Below, one piece after another: positions 8,006 through 18,375 of a stretch of DNA of 64,000 nt. Both the position numbers and the translations under genes were made by a program. Positions within the stretch are counted from its first letter, which is position 1, and every line of letters starts with the position of its first letter. The DNA is taken from assembly GCA_903860135.1 (NCBI GenBank), contig CAIOPG010000004.1, positions 85,558-149,557 on the forward strand, in the 5' to 3' direction. The notes beneath the pieces were generated by a model that saw nothing but the letters and a program-made list of their open reading frames with translations, was not told where the DNA came from and made no database searches. The DNA comes from Candidatus Omnitrophota bacterium. GTDB lineage: Bacteria; Omnitrophota; Gorgyraeia; Zapsychrales; Fredricksoniimonadaceae.

Positions 8006-10171
8006 CTATTTTACAGCAGGCGTCTGAACGCCCAAGAACGCCGACAAATTATCTAGTGAATGTATGCCAACAATAACAGGCGTTACACCAGCTGAATCAC
8101 GGTACTTTTCCAGGATCATCGGATCAAAATGGAAAAATTGCTCCGCATCAGAAGCATCCACCTGTACAACTTTTTCAACAGAATTAAAATCAATACCACC
8201 AGCATCAACATCTGCGAGCTGATGCGCCTTGATACTGCTAGGAATCCTCTTCAATGAAAGGTTCTCTGGCCACATTCCCTCGTATCCTTGCGCAAGATAA
8301 TTCAATAACATTTGCTGACTTGTAACAACGCTATCAAATTTTTCCATAAAAGAAACAGTCTTAGGAGAAACTGGATACCCACCTATTTGCCATCCTGGAA
8401 AGTTACTCTGCAACAATGTTTCCAAATATTGAAAAACAATCTTCATATGTCCGCGCAAGTCGCCTCCATCATTTTTTCCAAGAGAAACCAACTTGAAATG
8501 AATATTCTTATACTTCCGATCCTCAATGAAATAAAGAATAAATTGCTGTTCAGCTATTTTAATATCTTTAAAATCACGATGAAATATTGGTCCTTTTTTA
8601 ATAGCACTAATTGTATCAACAATAGTTAAATAATGCGTCCACTTTTTCGGCGCATCATGAATCACAAGATTTAACCCGACGAAGTCATTATCACTTAACA
8701 TTAGTTCTGTCACCTGACGCAATATCTCGCTTCGAAGATTATTAGAATCTGTTGCATTCTGTTCAATATCAATAATAGGAATTTCTTTCTCTTGATTCAT
8801 AGATATAAAAACATCCCAAACATGACTACGACTCAACAAAACATTAGCCATCACGCCATGCTTAAAAGTTATTGATACTGCATTATCTGCTGAAGTCACA
8901 TTGCCTAATTTAGCCTGAACCAACATCGTATTATCCGTCGTCAACCCAACGGCATCAATCTGAGCATTGTCAAAAGAGGTTTCTGTTAAATTAAAGCCCC
9001 CCGCAAAATACTTCCTTGGGATCGTTCCCTGGGTGACAGGATTGTATTCTTCACGAATGAAATTGTAAGTACCTTTCTTAAACGACTCAACATAGCGTGA
9101 CCAAATCTTTTCGGATTCTTTGGGGTCATCGATATTAACACCAGCAACTTTATTCTGGCCGACATAAAATCCAAGGGGTGATCCCTTGATTGATATCATG
9201 ATCTTTCTTTTATACCAAGCGGCAAGAATCAGAGAATTGTAGACCTGACGGAGCTTAGCGAAGTTTTGACCTTGATTAACTTCTTTTTCAAGGATGGGGA
9301 GAATAATGTCGCGGATGAGGGACTTGGAAAAATCTTCCCCCCTCCCATTCCCTCCCCACACGGGGGAGGGATCCGCTGTAGCTATGGTTAGCGGCAAATT
9401 GTTTTTCATGGCTAAATAATCGGACTCCAACATGACCCTGAGGTGAGCTTCGACCACATAGGCGACGGCTTCTTCGGGGCGATTGTTGTCAGCAGGTCTT
9501 GGCTTCTCGTAAACCTTGGCACGGACCGGAACAATCCATACTTTATTGAACGTATCAATTGGGATATCCGTCGTCCCATAACGCTTAAGTGCTTCGGCAT
9601 AAACTTTATCCCAGAATTCTTTCCCTACTTTTTCATCAGGATAAATTACTGATGCTGTTATCTGCTTGAGAATGTAATCTTGCGCCAACAGGTCACGCCC
9701 CATCTCTGTTTGGCCAAACGCCTCTGGGACAATCCTGTCTTGTTCATATGGGCTTAAATTGACCCACAAATCTTTTTCAGGAACAGTCAATGAAGCGAGA
9801 AAATACTTAATCAAACGCGTAGAATCAACCTTGACCTGCTCATCCGTTAATGGCGCATCCCCTTTATCCAGAATAAAATCAAATCGAAACGGGTCATTGC
9901 GATAAACCTTAATACCTTTCAGTAATGGAGGGGCAAAAGTATCGCTTAACGCTAATCGAGTGCCCGGCGCAGGCAATTGAACACCCTGCGCATAGACTGG
10001 GGGGCATACAAGGGGGAGCGTCAGGAATATGGCGGCACAACGCTTGAGCGCTGTGTTTTTAAACAAGGCGAGCATGATAACTCCTGTAAATGTATCCACA
10101 CGGTTAATAACGGAATAAGTATAAACTATATTATTATATAAAACAAGCGACGGGATTTGAAGATTTGTCAA
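8006..10171 (-). CDS. Large secreted hypothetical protein (about 690-721 aa), low GC, no recognisable domain
   Basis: Signal-peptide-like N-terminus (MLALFKNTALKRCAAIFLTLPLVCPPVYAQG). Markedly AT-rich compared with neighbours. The true start may be the internal Met near 10075. Confidence 0.6.
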   Translation of the reverse strand: MTNLQIPSLVLYNNIVYTYSVINRVDTFTGVIMLALFKNTALKRCAAIFLTLPLVCPPVYAQGVQLPAPGTRLALSDTFAPPLLKGIKVYRNDPFRFDFILDKGDAPLTDEQVKVDSTRLIKYFLASLTVPEKDLWVNLSPYEQDRIVPEAFGQTEMGRDLLAQDYILKQITASVIYPDEKVGKEFWDKVYAEALKRYGTTDIPIDTFNKVWIVPVRAKVYEKPRPADNNRPEEAVAYVVEAHLRVMLESDYLAMKNNLPLTIATADPSPVWGGNGRGEDFSKSLIRDIILPILEKEVNQGQNFAKLRQVYNSLILAAWYKRKIMISIKGSPLGFYVGQNKVAGVNIDDPKESEKIWSRYVESFKKGTYNFIREEYNPVTQGTIPRKYFAGGFNLTETSFDNAQIDAVGLTTDNTMLVQAKLGNVTSADNAVSITFKHGVMANVLLSRSHVWDVFISMNQEKEIPIIDIEQNATDSNNLRSEILRQVTELMLSDNDFVGLNLVIHDAPKKWTHYLTIVDTISAIKKGPIFHRDFKDIKIAEQQFILYFIEDRKYKNIHFKLVSLGKNDGGDLRGHMKIVFQYLETLLQSNFPGWQIGGYPVSPKTVSFMEKFDSVVTSQQMLLNYLAQGYEGMWPENLSLKRIPSSIKAHQLADVDAGGIDFNSVEKVVQVDASDAEQFFHFDPMILEKYRDSAGVTPVIVGIHSLDNLSAFLGVQTPAVK

Positions 10172-10191
10172 TCCGAAGATGCGGCGAGGGC

Positions 10192-10665
10192 TTAGTGCGG
10201 GGGGAAGTTCCTGAAACGTTCCTGGGGCAATTTGCCGGAGAAACCCATCTGGTGCCAGAAATCCTGTTCCGTGATCATGCGCAGGGTTTGTTGAACCTCG
10301 CGCTCCTGAACCTTATCCATTGACGCCTGCTCCAGGCCAAAAAAATCGCCGTGCAGTCTTTTCTGAAGGTTTCTGGCCATTTCATCAGGATGGTCAAACC
10401 TGGCTTGCCTCAACTCCCGCCAGACTGACTGCGTCGCCTGTGTCATGCCGGTGCCCTGGGTCTTCAGGAAAGAGACCAGCAACAGCTGGCATGCCTTCAT
10501 GCCGTGCTCCCATCCGGACATGACCCTGACGGCTTTGTCCACCATCATCGCAACGGACCCGGTCTGATCAATGGACCTATCGCTGTTGAAAACACCTTTA
10601 TTATAAAAGGATACCCCCGCCAGGAGGATAGCGCTCACAACAAGGAATATAAGTATTTTTTTCAT
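10192..10665 (-). CDS. Small secreted hypothetical protein
   Basis: MKKILIFLVVSAILLAGVSF signal peptide. No known motifs. Confidence 0.5.
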   Translation of the reverse strand: MKKILIFLVVSAILLAGVSFYNKGVFNSDRSIDQTGSVAMMVDKAVRVMSGWEHGMKACQLLLVSFLKTQGTGMTQATQSVWRELRQARFDHPDEMARNLQKRLHGDFFGLEQASMDKVQEREVQQTLRMITEQDFWHQMGFSGKLPQERFRNFPPH

Positions 10666-10889
10666 TTTTACCTGGCCTTTCCTGTGGCAGAGCATTGCCC
10701 CGCGCCACACATCAACACGCCTCTTTAAACAAGCTTAGCATTTTTTGAACACAAAAAACACAGCGGCCAGGTAGATTGCGCGAAAGCAGCCATGTTCAAT
10801 AACTAGAATTACTACATATACCCGTTGGAATATTGACAATGGTGCTATAATTTTTATCTCTTTCACAACTCACCCGAAAGTTACAGGCC

Positions 10890-12557
10890 ATGAAGAATAG
10901 AACATTTGAACCACAATTCATCACCGTTTTAAAAGAAGGCTACAGCCTTTCACGCTTTGCCAACGACCTCCTCGCCGGGATCATTGTCGGCATCGTGTCC
11001 CTGCCTTTGTCGATCGCCTTTGCCATTGCCTCGGGCGTCAAGCCGGAACAGGGGCTTATCACGGGGGTTATCGCGGGGTTTATTATTTCCGCCTTATCCG
11101 GCAGCCGCGTGCAGATCGGCGGCCCGACGGGCGCTTTCATCATCATCGTATTCGGAATCGTCCAGCAGTACGGCTACAACGGCCTTGCCATGGCGACTTT
11201 CATGGCCGGTGTTATGCTCATCATCATGGGCTTTGCGCGCCTGGGCGATGCCATCAAATACATCCCTTATCCTGTAACGGTGGGCTTCACCAGCGGGATC
11301 GCGCTCGTTATCTTCACCACCCAGATCCCCGACCTCTTCGGCCTGACGATCGCCAAAACACCGACGCATTTTGTGGATAAATGGGTCGCCTGTTTCCAGC
11401 ACCTGCCAACCACCAACTTCTTTGCGCTCGCCCTTGGCGCCATGACCATCCTTATTATCCTGGTATTCCCCAAGATCACATCGCGCGTCCCCGGCCCCAT
11501 TGTGGCGATCTTCGCGGCCACCGCCCTCGCCCAGGGCTTCCACCTGCCGGTGGACACCATTGCCAGCCGCTTCGGCGAAGTGCCCAACCGCTTTCCCGCG
11601 CCAGCGTTCCCGCACTTTACCATGGATGAATTCTCGAAACTTTTCCAGCCCGCACTGACAATCGCCCTGCTGGCCGGCATTGAATCCCTGCTTTCAGCGG
11701 TCGTGGCCGACGGCATGCTGGGTTCGCGCCACCGCTCCAACATGGAACTCGTCGGGCAAGGCGTGGCGAATCTTTTCTCGCCCCTCTTTGGCGGCATCCC
11801 CGCTACCGGCGCCATCGCACGCACGGCCACCAATATCAAGAACGGCGGACGCACCCCCGTTGCCGGCATCATCAGCGCGATCACGCTCCTGCTGATCTTC
11901 CTCTTCTGTGGCCAATGGGCCGGGCTCATCCCCATGTCCGCTCTCGCCGGGATCCTGATCGTGGTTGCCTATAACATGAGCGAGATCCACCTTTTCCAAC
12001 GCCTGCTCAAAAGCCAGCGGAGCGATATCCTTGTCCTTTTATTCACTTTCGGACTGACCGTCCTCGTTGACCTCACCGTCGCCATCGAGGTTGGCGTTGT
12101 CCTGGCCGCCTTCCTCTTCATGCATAATATGGCCAAGATGACAAACATATTTCTCGTCGAAGACGACACCAACGGCAGGCCCCACGAATACGACGGCGTC
12201 CCCAAGGGCGTTGAAATATTCGAGATCAATGGCCCCTTCTTTTTCGGCGCGGCCGACAAGTTCCGCGACACCATGGCCGAAATCGAAAAGATGCCGAAGG
12301 TCCTTATCCTTCAGATGCGCCACGTCCCGGCCATCGATGCCACCGCTGTCAGTGTGCTGGAAAGCCTTGTTGTCCAGGCCCACAAAGGCGGCACCCAGGT
12401 GATCTTTGCGGGGGTGAACAAACGTGTTTTTAAAGCCATGCGCCATACGGACCTCTTGGAACGCGTCGGCATAGAAAATATCCTGCCAGACGTAGAACTC
12501 GCCCTAGCCCAGGCTGTAGCCATCATTGATGCGGAAAAGGAAAAGAAGGGATCTTAA
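10890..12557 (+). CDS. SulP-family sulfate/anion permease with C-terminal STAS domain
   Basis: 555 aa, Sulfate_transp TM core and a STAS domain (ILQMRHVPAIDATAV). Confidence 0.9.
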   Translation: MKNRTFEPQFITVLKEGYSLSRFANDLLAGIIVGIVSLPLSIAFAIASGVKPEQGLITGVIAGFIISALSGSRVQIGGPTGAFIIIVFGIVQQYGYNGLAMATFMAGVMLIIMGFARLGDAIKYIPYPVTVGFTSGIALVIFTTQIPDLFGLTIAKTPTHFVDKWVACFQHLPTTNFFALALGAMTILIILVFPKITSRVPGPIVAIFAATALAQGFHLPVDTIASRFGEVPNRFPAPAFPHFTMDEFSKLFQPALTIALLAGIESLLSAVVADGMLGSRHRSNMELVGQGVANLFSPLFGGIPATGAIARTATNIKNGGRTPVAGIISAITLLLIFLFCGQWAGLIPMSALAGILIVVAYNMSEIHLFQRLLKSQRSDILVLLFTFGLTVLVDLTVAIEVGVVLAAFLFMHNMAKMTNIFLVEDDTNGRPHEYDGVPKGVEIFEINGPFFFGAADKFRDTMAEIEKMPKVLILQMRHVPAIDATAVSVLESLVVQAHKGGTQVIFAGVNKRVFKAMRHTDLLERVGIENILPDVELALAQAVAIIDAEKEKKGS

Positions 12558-13132
12558 GCTGATTTGCTGGGGAGAAACCGGCGAGTCAGAACAACAATGC
12601 CCCACACCGCAAGCGCTGCGGCCAAAGCAATGATGGCGTACTTCGTATACTTCATTAAGAAAGCCCCGAACACCGCCAGCAGGTACAGCCGCGGCCCGAC
12701 ACCGATGAAGGTAAAAAGGATGAACGGGAAGAACGGGATGCGCGTGATGCCCGACGCGATCGAAAAGACCTTAAAAGGGATAATCGGAAGAAGCCGCCCC
12801 AGCAACACGCCCCACGCCCCGTGCTTCACCGCAAACGCCTCAGCTTTGGCCATCCGCGCCGGTGTAATGAAAACATACTTACCGAATTTAAGGACAACCG
12901 GCAACCCCGCATAACGCCCGATCGCATACCCGACGGCAGCCCCCAGCGTGGCCCCCAGCGACCCAAAGATAACAATCGCCGTCAACGGCAAGCCGATCGC
13001 CCCCGCCGCCGCCACAACAAGTTCCGACGGCAAAGGGAAAAACGACGATTCCAGGAACATGGCCGCGAAAATACCAAAGTCCCCGTAATGACCGATCAAG
13101 TCCATGATCTGTGGTGGCAAGGTGTGTGTCAT
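12554..13132 (-). CDS. DedA/SNARE-associated family membrane protein
   Basis: 192 aa with the DedA signature region (GAIGLPLT...GYAIGRYAG). Confidence 0.8.
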   Translation of the reverse strand: MTHTLPPQIMDLIGHYGDFGIFAAMFLESSFFPLPSELVVAAAGAIGLPLTAIVIFGSLGATLGAAVGYAIGRYAGLPVVLKFGKYVFITPARMAKAEAFAVKHGAWGVLLGRLLPIIPFKVFSIASGITRIPFFPFILFTFIGVGPRLYLLAVFGAFLMKYTKYAIIALAAALAVWGIVVLTRRFLPSKSA

Positions 13133-13178
13133 AATGCGGGTAGATTAATAGGATGCCGCAAGAAAGGCAAGATGAAAG

Positions 13179-14459
13179 TCAGAATTCCTTGCGGTACTTG
13201 AGAAAAACGCGATCATCAGGAACGCGGCGCAAATCCGTATCCAGCGACAATGGCCCGCTGGAAAGGATCTCTTTCTGAGCGGCAATGATCACATGGGAAT
13301 TGAGGCGGTATTCGCTCTCGACCTTCTGCGTCAACTCACGCTGGTGCTGATCTCCCGCCGTGCCGATCTCGATCCCGTAACCGACATCAAGTTTTTCTGT
13401 CAAATTCTTGTTCAAGGTGACGCCCTGCACCGTACTATCCAGCTTATACGAAACCCCGGAAAGACCGAACATCCGGGCAATGCGCTCGCCTGATCCACCA
13501 AAAAAGAAATAATCCACAAAATCGCCGGCGAGTTCCGGCGTCATCTTCCGGGTGGTCACGGCCATATCGATCCCGTCCCAGCGCCGCCCGGTGGTCAGCA
13601 TCAGCAAAAGCTGTTCCTGGGGCAGTGGCGGATCCGACGTCAGGGTTATCTTCGGATCCTTGCGCTTGCCCCGCACCACAATATCGATGCGCGTGCGCGC
13701 GATCACGGCAGCCGCGTGAATATCAATTTCAGGGTCAAGGATATCGCCTGAAAATACCAGCCGGCTTTCGCCGAGTTCAACCAGGCACTGGGGTGATTTC
13801 AACCACCCCTGCTGCGCCGACAATTTACCATACGTTTCCCAGATTGTGCCGCGGCGCTTAAAGGAGAGGTCGCAAGTCACCGGCGTATCGTAAAGCAAGA
13901 ACCCGTTAAGCGGGATATGCCCGACCTCCAGAGCCCCCTTGACCACCGGCTCAAAGGCGCTCCCGCTAATGACAAGATCGATATTCCTCAGGTCGCCATG
14001 GATCAACGGCAGATTATTAAAACGCCGGATGATCGCTGTCAGCCAGGCGAGGTCAAGGCTTTTGGAATACGCGTTGGCCGCGTACTGCCCGGCGCGCAAG
14101 GCGGCATTGATGACAATGTTATCCGCCTGCGGGGTGATCAGGCGGGCATTGATAACACGGGCCTCAAGCCCTTCCCATGACGGCGCCGCCAGGCGCACAT
14201 CCAGTTCCTGCACACGGATCACGCCGGATTCCGGCAGAAAAATAAACCGGCTGGCTTCCACATTAAAGATCTGCACACCGCCGGTCAGCGAGCCCTCTAA
14301 TCGCTCGAAAACGACATATTCCATGCCCCAGGCACTCTTGACAACAAAACGGATCACGCTATCGGCTCCCCTGGTCGTAAAAAGGATATACGCCGCGTAC
14401 ACCGCGACACACATCATCAAGGTCAGGCCAAGGATAAAAATAAAACGCAGGGCTTTCAT
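13179..14459 (-). CDS. TamB-like DUF490-domain protein (short, N-terminal TM anchor)
   Basis: The C-terminal region LTSDPPLPQEQLLLMLTTGR matches the TamB/DUF490 C-terminal signature. Only 426 aa, against about 1200 for canonical TamB. Confidence 0.55.
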   Translation of the reverse strand: MKALRFIFILGLTLMMCVAVYAAYILFTTRGADSVIRFVVKSAWGMEYVVFERLEGSLTGGVQIFNVEASRFIFLPESGVIRVQELDVRLAAPSWEGLEARVINARLITPQADNIVINAALRAGQYAANAYSKSLDLAWLTAIIRRFNNLPLIHGDLRNIDLVISGSAFEPVVKGALEVGHIPLNGFLLYDTPVTCDLSFKRRGTIWETYGKLSAQQGWLKSPQCLVELGESRLVFSGDILDPEIDIHAAAVIARTRIDIVVRGKRKDPKITLTSDPPLPQEQLLLMLTTGRRWDGIDMAVTTRKMTPELAGDFVDYFFFGGSGERIARMFGLSGVSYKLDSTVQGVTLNKNLTEKLDVGYGIEIGTAGDQHQRELTQKVESEYRLNSHVIIAAQKEILSSGPLSLDTDLRRVPDDRVFLKYRKEF

Positions 14460-14477
14460 GCAATCCTCCGGGCGCGG

Positions 14478-16034
14478 CTAATGCGCGGCAACGGCCGCAA
14501 TATGATATTTGGGACGGCGCAGAAAAAACAGAAAAGGAATGACCATGATCAATAGGATTGTACACAGATAAAACGTATCCACAAATGAAAAAAGACTCGC
14601 CTGCGCCACCGCCTTCTGATAGATCACAGCCTTGACCGCCAGGGGTGCCGCCGCATCCCCGATGCCCTGGATCTGCGGCAGGGCGGCAACCTGGGTCAGC
14701 GCGTACTGATACTGGGGATCGAACGGATTAGCCTGCTCCAGATACCGCGCCTGGTGATACTGCGCCCGGCGGGCAAGGATGGTTGTCACAAAAGCCACGC
14801 CGAAACTCCCGCCCAGATTGCGCAACAGATTATACACCGCGGCCGCGTTGCCCATTTCTTCCTTGGGCACACTCGATAAGGTCAGATTGGTGAGCGTGAT
14901 AAAGACAAGGCCCAGCCCGACCCCCATAACCACACGCGCCCATACCAAAAATTCAAAGGTGCTGTTTAAGGTAACCGCGGTGAGTATCCATGTGGAATAC
15001 GCCGACAGGCAAAGCCCGACGAACAAGATGATCTTGGGGCTTATCTTTGTCACCAGCTTCCCGACGATCGGCATGACAATGACCATGGAGATGCCGCCGG
15101 TAGCCAGTGCCAGCCCTGACAGGAACGCATTATAACCGAGCATCTTTTGCATAAAGACCGGCATGACCACGATCGTACCAAAGAGCACAAAAAACGTGAT
15201 GAACATAATGGCATTGCCTGAAGCAAAAGCCGTGTTGCGGAATACCCGCAAATTGACCACCGGCTCCTTGCCCCGAAGCTCCACAATGAAGAACAGGATC
15301 AGCGCCGCCGCCGAAATACCTGCCAGCCATACAATGAAGGTTGAGCTGAACCAGTCTTCCTGCTGGCCCTTGTCGAGCACGACCTGCAGGCAGCCCAGAC
15401 CAAGGCTCAGGAAAATAAGCCCCCAATAATCGATGCGGTTGAGGGAAATGCGTTTCAAATACGGCGGGTCCTTGATGAAATAGGAGATCAACGCCAGCGA
15501 AATGATGCCGATCGGGATATTAATAAAGAAGATCCAGTGCCACGACCAGTTGTCCGTGATCCACCCACCGAGGATCGGCCCCAGGATCGGCGCAAAGATA
15601 ACCCCGATCCCGAAAACCGCCATGGCCATCCCGTGTTCCTTGGGCGGGAATGTTTCCAGGAGGATCGTCTGCGAAATTGGCTGGAGCGCGCCGCCGCCCA
15701 GGCCCTGCAAGATGCGAAAAAATATCAAGCTGGAAAGGCTCCATGCCATCCCGCAGAAAAAAGAACTTACAGTGAAAAGTGCGATGGAAAAAAGCAGGTA
15801 GCGTTTACGCCCGAACACACGCGCCAGCCATCCGGTCAACGGGATGATGATCGCATTGGAAACAAGATAGGACGTGATGGCCCAGGTGGCTTCATCAACC
15901 CCGGCCGATAAACTGCCGCGGATATGGTCAAGCGCCACATTGACGACCGAAGTATCGACCACCTCGATGAATGTCGGGATGATCACCACCGCCGCGATGA
16001 TCCATTTATTAACAGGGCCGAAAGCCTGCGCCAC
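14478..16034 (-). CDS. MFS transporter, DHA2 (EmrB/QacA) family, 14-TM drug:H+ antiporter
   Basis: 518 aa with a typical EmrB N-terminus (VDTSVVNVALDHIRGSL). Confidence 0.85.
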   Translation of the reverse strand: MAQAFGPVNKWIIAAVVIIPTFIEVVDTSVVNVALDHIRGSLSAGVDEATWAITSYLVSNAIIIPLTGWLARVFGRKRYLLFSIALFTVSSFFCGMAWSLSSLIFFRILQGLGGGALQPISQTILLETFPPKEHGMAMAVFGIGVIFAPILGPILGGWITDNWSWHWIFFINIPIGIISLALISYFIKDPPYLKRISLNRIDYWGLIFLSLGLGCLQVVLDKGQQEDWFSSTFIVWLAGISAAALILFFIVELRGKEPVVNLRVFRNTAFASGNAIMFITFFVLFGTIVVMPVFMQKMLGYNAFLSGLALATGGISMVIVMPIVGKLVTKISPKIILFVGLCLSAYSTWILTAVTLNSTFEFLVWARVVMGVGLGLVFITLTNLTLSSVPKEEMGNAAAVYNLLRNLGGSFGVAFVTTILARRAQYHQARYLEQANPFDPQYQYALTQVAALPQIQGIGDAAAPLAVKAVIYQKAVAQASLFSFVDTFYLCTILLIMVIPFLFFLRRPKYHIAAVAAH

Positions 16035-16037
16035 CGC

Positions 16038-17045
16038 TCAGTCCCCCTTGATCCGGATCCTGGCAATGACCGACATCCCCACCCGCAGGCGATGTTCCGG
16101 ATCTTCTGCTTTCTCGAGCGTGATCCTGACCGGGATGCGCTGAACAACCTTCACATAATTCCCCAGGGCATTTTCCGGAGGAAAGAGCGAAAAAGCTGAA
16201 CCTGTACCGGCCATCAGGCTTTCCACCTTGCCCCTGAAGTCATGCCCGGGATAAGTGTCCACCTTGATCAAAACGTCCTGCCCCGGATGCACCCGTTCGA
16301 GCTGGGTTTCCTTATAATTGGCCAACACCCAGACATCGTCGAGCGCCACCACCGCCATCAGGGGTTGTCCAGGCTGGATCATGTTGCCGGTTTCGACAGC
16401 TTTCTTGGTGACATACCCGTCGGCCGGAGCCGTGATGCGGGTATACCCGAGATTCAGGCGGGCGGCTTCTAAGGCTGACTTGCGGGTAACCACCAGTGCT
16501 TCCTCCAGCTCACGCGCCGCGCGCGCCTGGGTTTCACCCTCGCCGGCCGCCACCATCTCGGCCCGCGCCAGGTCAACAGCTGTGACGGCCTTTTCCAACC
16601 TTTCTTTCGACAGGACGCCCTGGGAAAAAAGGCGCCCGGCACGCATCTTGTCAAGAATGGCCTGACGGCAAGCCACCGATTTAACGGTCAAAAAAGCCCG
16701 CGCCGCCTTGATCTTCGCCTTGGCTTCGGTCAAGCGCGCTTCTTCCGCTTTGAGCACCGCCACGGCTTCACGGACCCGGACATCATAATCCGGCGTATCG
16801 ATCTCGACCAGGGTGTCGCCTTTTTTAACCGGCTGATTCTCGCGCACACAAACACGGCCAACCATCCCCCCCACCTTCGCAGACACCGCATGCACCCGGC
16901 CATCCACATAAGCATCATCGGTCGTCACATACCCGGCACTTGAAACAGCATGGAACACACCGGCGGCAACCGCCGCCGCAAGGATAATGCCGCCAGCGAT
17001 CCCGACAGCCGTCTTACCGAACCTATTCCGATTGCCCATAAACAT
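16038..17045 (-). CDS. HlyD/EmrA-family membrane fusion protein
   Basis: Single N-terminal TM, coiled-coil and beta-barrel. The start is trimmed to the internal Met to avoid a 150-bp overlap with the TolC-like gene. Confidence 0.8.
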   Translation of the reverse strand: MFMGNRNRFGKTAVGIAGGIILAAAVAAGVFHAVSSAGYVTTDDAYVDGRVHAVSAKVGGMVGRVCVRENQPVKKGDTLVEIDTPDYDVRVREAVAVLKAEEARLTEAKAKIKAARAFLTVKSVACRQAILDKMRAGRLFSQGVLSKERLEKAVTAVDLARAEMVAAGEGETQARAARELEEALVVTRKSALEAARLNLGYTRITAPADGYVTKKAVETGNMIQPGQPLMAVVALDDVWVLANYKETQLERVHPGQDVLIKVDTYPGHDFRGKVESLMAGTGSAFSLFPPENALGNYVKVVQRIPVRITLEKAEDPEHRLRVGMSVIARIRIKGD

Positions 17046-18375
17046 CCTCTCTGTCCGAATATTCCTGCGCCAGATCCATCCCCGTGGCATCCATGAACCG
17101 CGCACGCGCGCGCCTGAATTCATAACGCGCGCGCCACAATTCCGTTTCTGCTCCCGTACGCAACGCCAAAGCATCAAGAACTTCCGACGATGTCCCGGCG
17201 CCTTCGTGATAACGGGTCTCGGTCACGCGCACATTTTCCTGCGCTTGGGCTACAGATGAACGGGCCAGCGCCACACGCTCGCCGGCATTGCCCATCGCCA
17301 CCATGGCTGTTTCCGTCTCGCACCGGACCTGATCCTCAAGCCTGGCGCGCTCAAGCCTGGCGCGTTCTTTTTCCTGACGGGCACTTTCAGCCCTTGCCCG
17401 CGTCAATCCCCCGTTAAAAATACTGAGCTTGACGCCCGCCTGCCCCTGCCAGTTATCATCACGCGCCTGATAACGGTTGTCCGCCCGGGTATAAGCTCCG
17501 TCAACAAAAAATACCGGCCGGTCAGCGGCCTTTGAAAATTCTTCCCGCCATTCCGCCGCACGGACAGCCTTGTCCATGGCGCGCAGTTCCGGTCGGCGCA
17601 ACAAGGCAAATTCAAAAGCCCTTTTCAGGTCGAATACCGGGCAAGCCGGCGGACGCGGATCTTCCAGGATAAAAGCCTCCCCATCGTGGGAAGACAAAGC
17701 CTGCCTCAGGCGTGCCGACGCTGTCCTGTGCGCATTGCGGGCACCGACAAGCCCCTGCCGCGCCTCGTTGAAACGCACCTTGACTGTCAACAGATCGCCG
17801 CGCGTCACCACCCCTTCACGGTAAAGCACCGTCACGTCGCGGGCATGACGGGCGAGGCTGGCCAGCTGTTCCCGGGCCACAACGATCATGCGCTCCGCTT
17901 CAAGGACATCAAAATACGCTGTGATAACCGCCAGCACCGCCTTATTCCGACTACGGGCGACCTCATCGCGCGCACCCTCTGCCGCAAACTGCGCGGCCTT
18001 ATAACGGGCCTGCGTTGCTCCAAAATCAAAAAGAACCTGGTGAACATCAACCCCGTACGCATTGAAAGATCTCTCGGCTGTAAGAATTTTTGTCCCGCTA
18101 GCCAGCGATGCCGGCTGATAAGCGTAATAATGGCGAGAAGCACCAGCAGATACCTGCGGGAAAAATGCCGCGCGCTCCGCCAGTACCTGCGCCCGGGCAG
18201 ACAAATGCGCGGCTCCGGCGATACGCACCTCACGCCCCTCGCCCGCCACCCGCGCCACCGCCGCCTCCAACGTCAAGGCATGCCCCGCCCAAGCCTTTTC
18301 CGATGACACAAGCAGGACAACAAGCACTCCCAGCACACACAACAAATGGCGCATCTTGCTCCTCTTGAATGTCAA
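17023..18375 (-). CDS. TolC-family outer membrane efflux protein
   Basis: 450 aa, signal peptide and two OEP repeats. Confidence 0.8.
   Translation of the reverse strand: MTFKRSKMRHLLCVLGVLVVLLVSSEKAWAGHALTLEAAVARVAGEGREVRIAGAAHLSARAQVLAERAAFFPQVSAGASRHYYAYQPASLASGTKILTAERSFNAYGVDVHQVLFDFGATQARYKAAQFAAEGARDEVARSRNKAVLAVITAYFDVLEAERMIVVAREQLASLARHARDVTVLYREGVVTRGDLLTVKVRFNEARQGLVGARNAHRTASARLRQALSSHDGEAFILEDPRPPACPVFDLKRAFEFALLRRPELRAMDKAVRAAEWREEFSKAADRPVFFVDGAYTRADNRYQARDDNWQGQAGVKLSIFNGGLTRARAESARQEKERARLERARLEDQVRCETETAMVAMGNAGERVALARSSVAQAQENVRVTETRYHEGAGTSSEVLDALALRTGAETELWRARYEFRRARARFMDATGMDLAQEYSDREDVYGQSE

Noticed and set aside
9330-9375. Odd low-complexity stretch (cccccctcccattccctccccacacgggggaggg) as a possible regulatory element or G-quadruplex
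   Set aside because: It is inside the 721-aa coding sequence and in-frame. It simply encodes a Gly/Glu/Trp-rich linker. No repeat structure lies beyond this short imperfect palindrome.
11267-11935. 222-aa and other long ORFs antisense to sulP, and similar antisense ORFs such as 5374-5943 in phoH, 20774-21865 in the DEAD helicase gene, 18346-19305 in the CDF gene and 27183-28337 in opgG
   Set aside because: They are antisense to strongly supported conserved genes. Long antisense ORFs are expected at about 60% GC.
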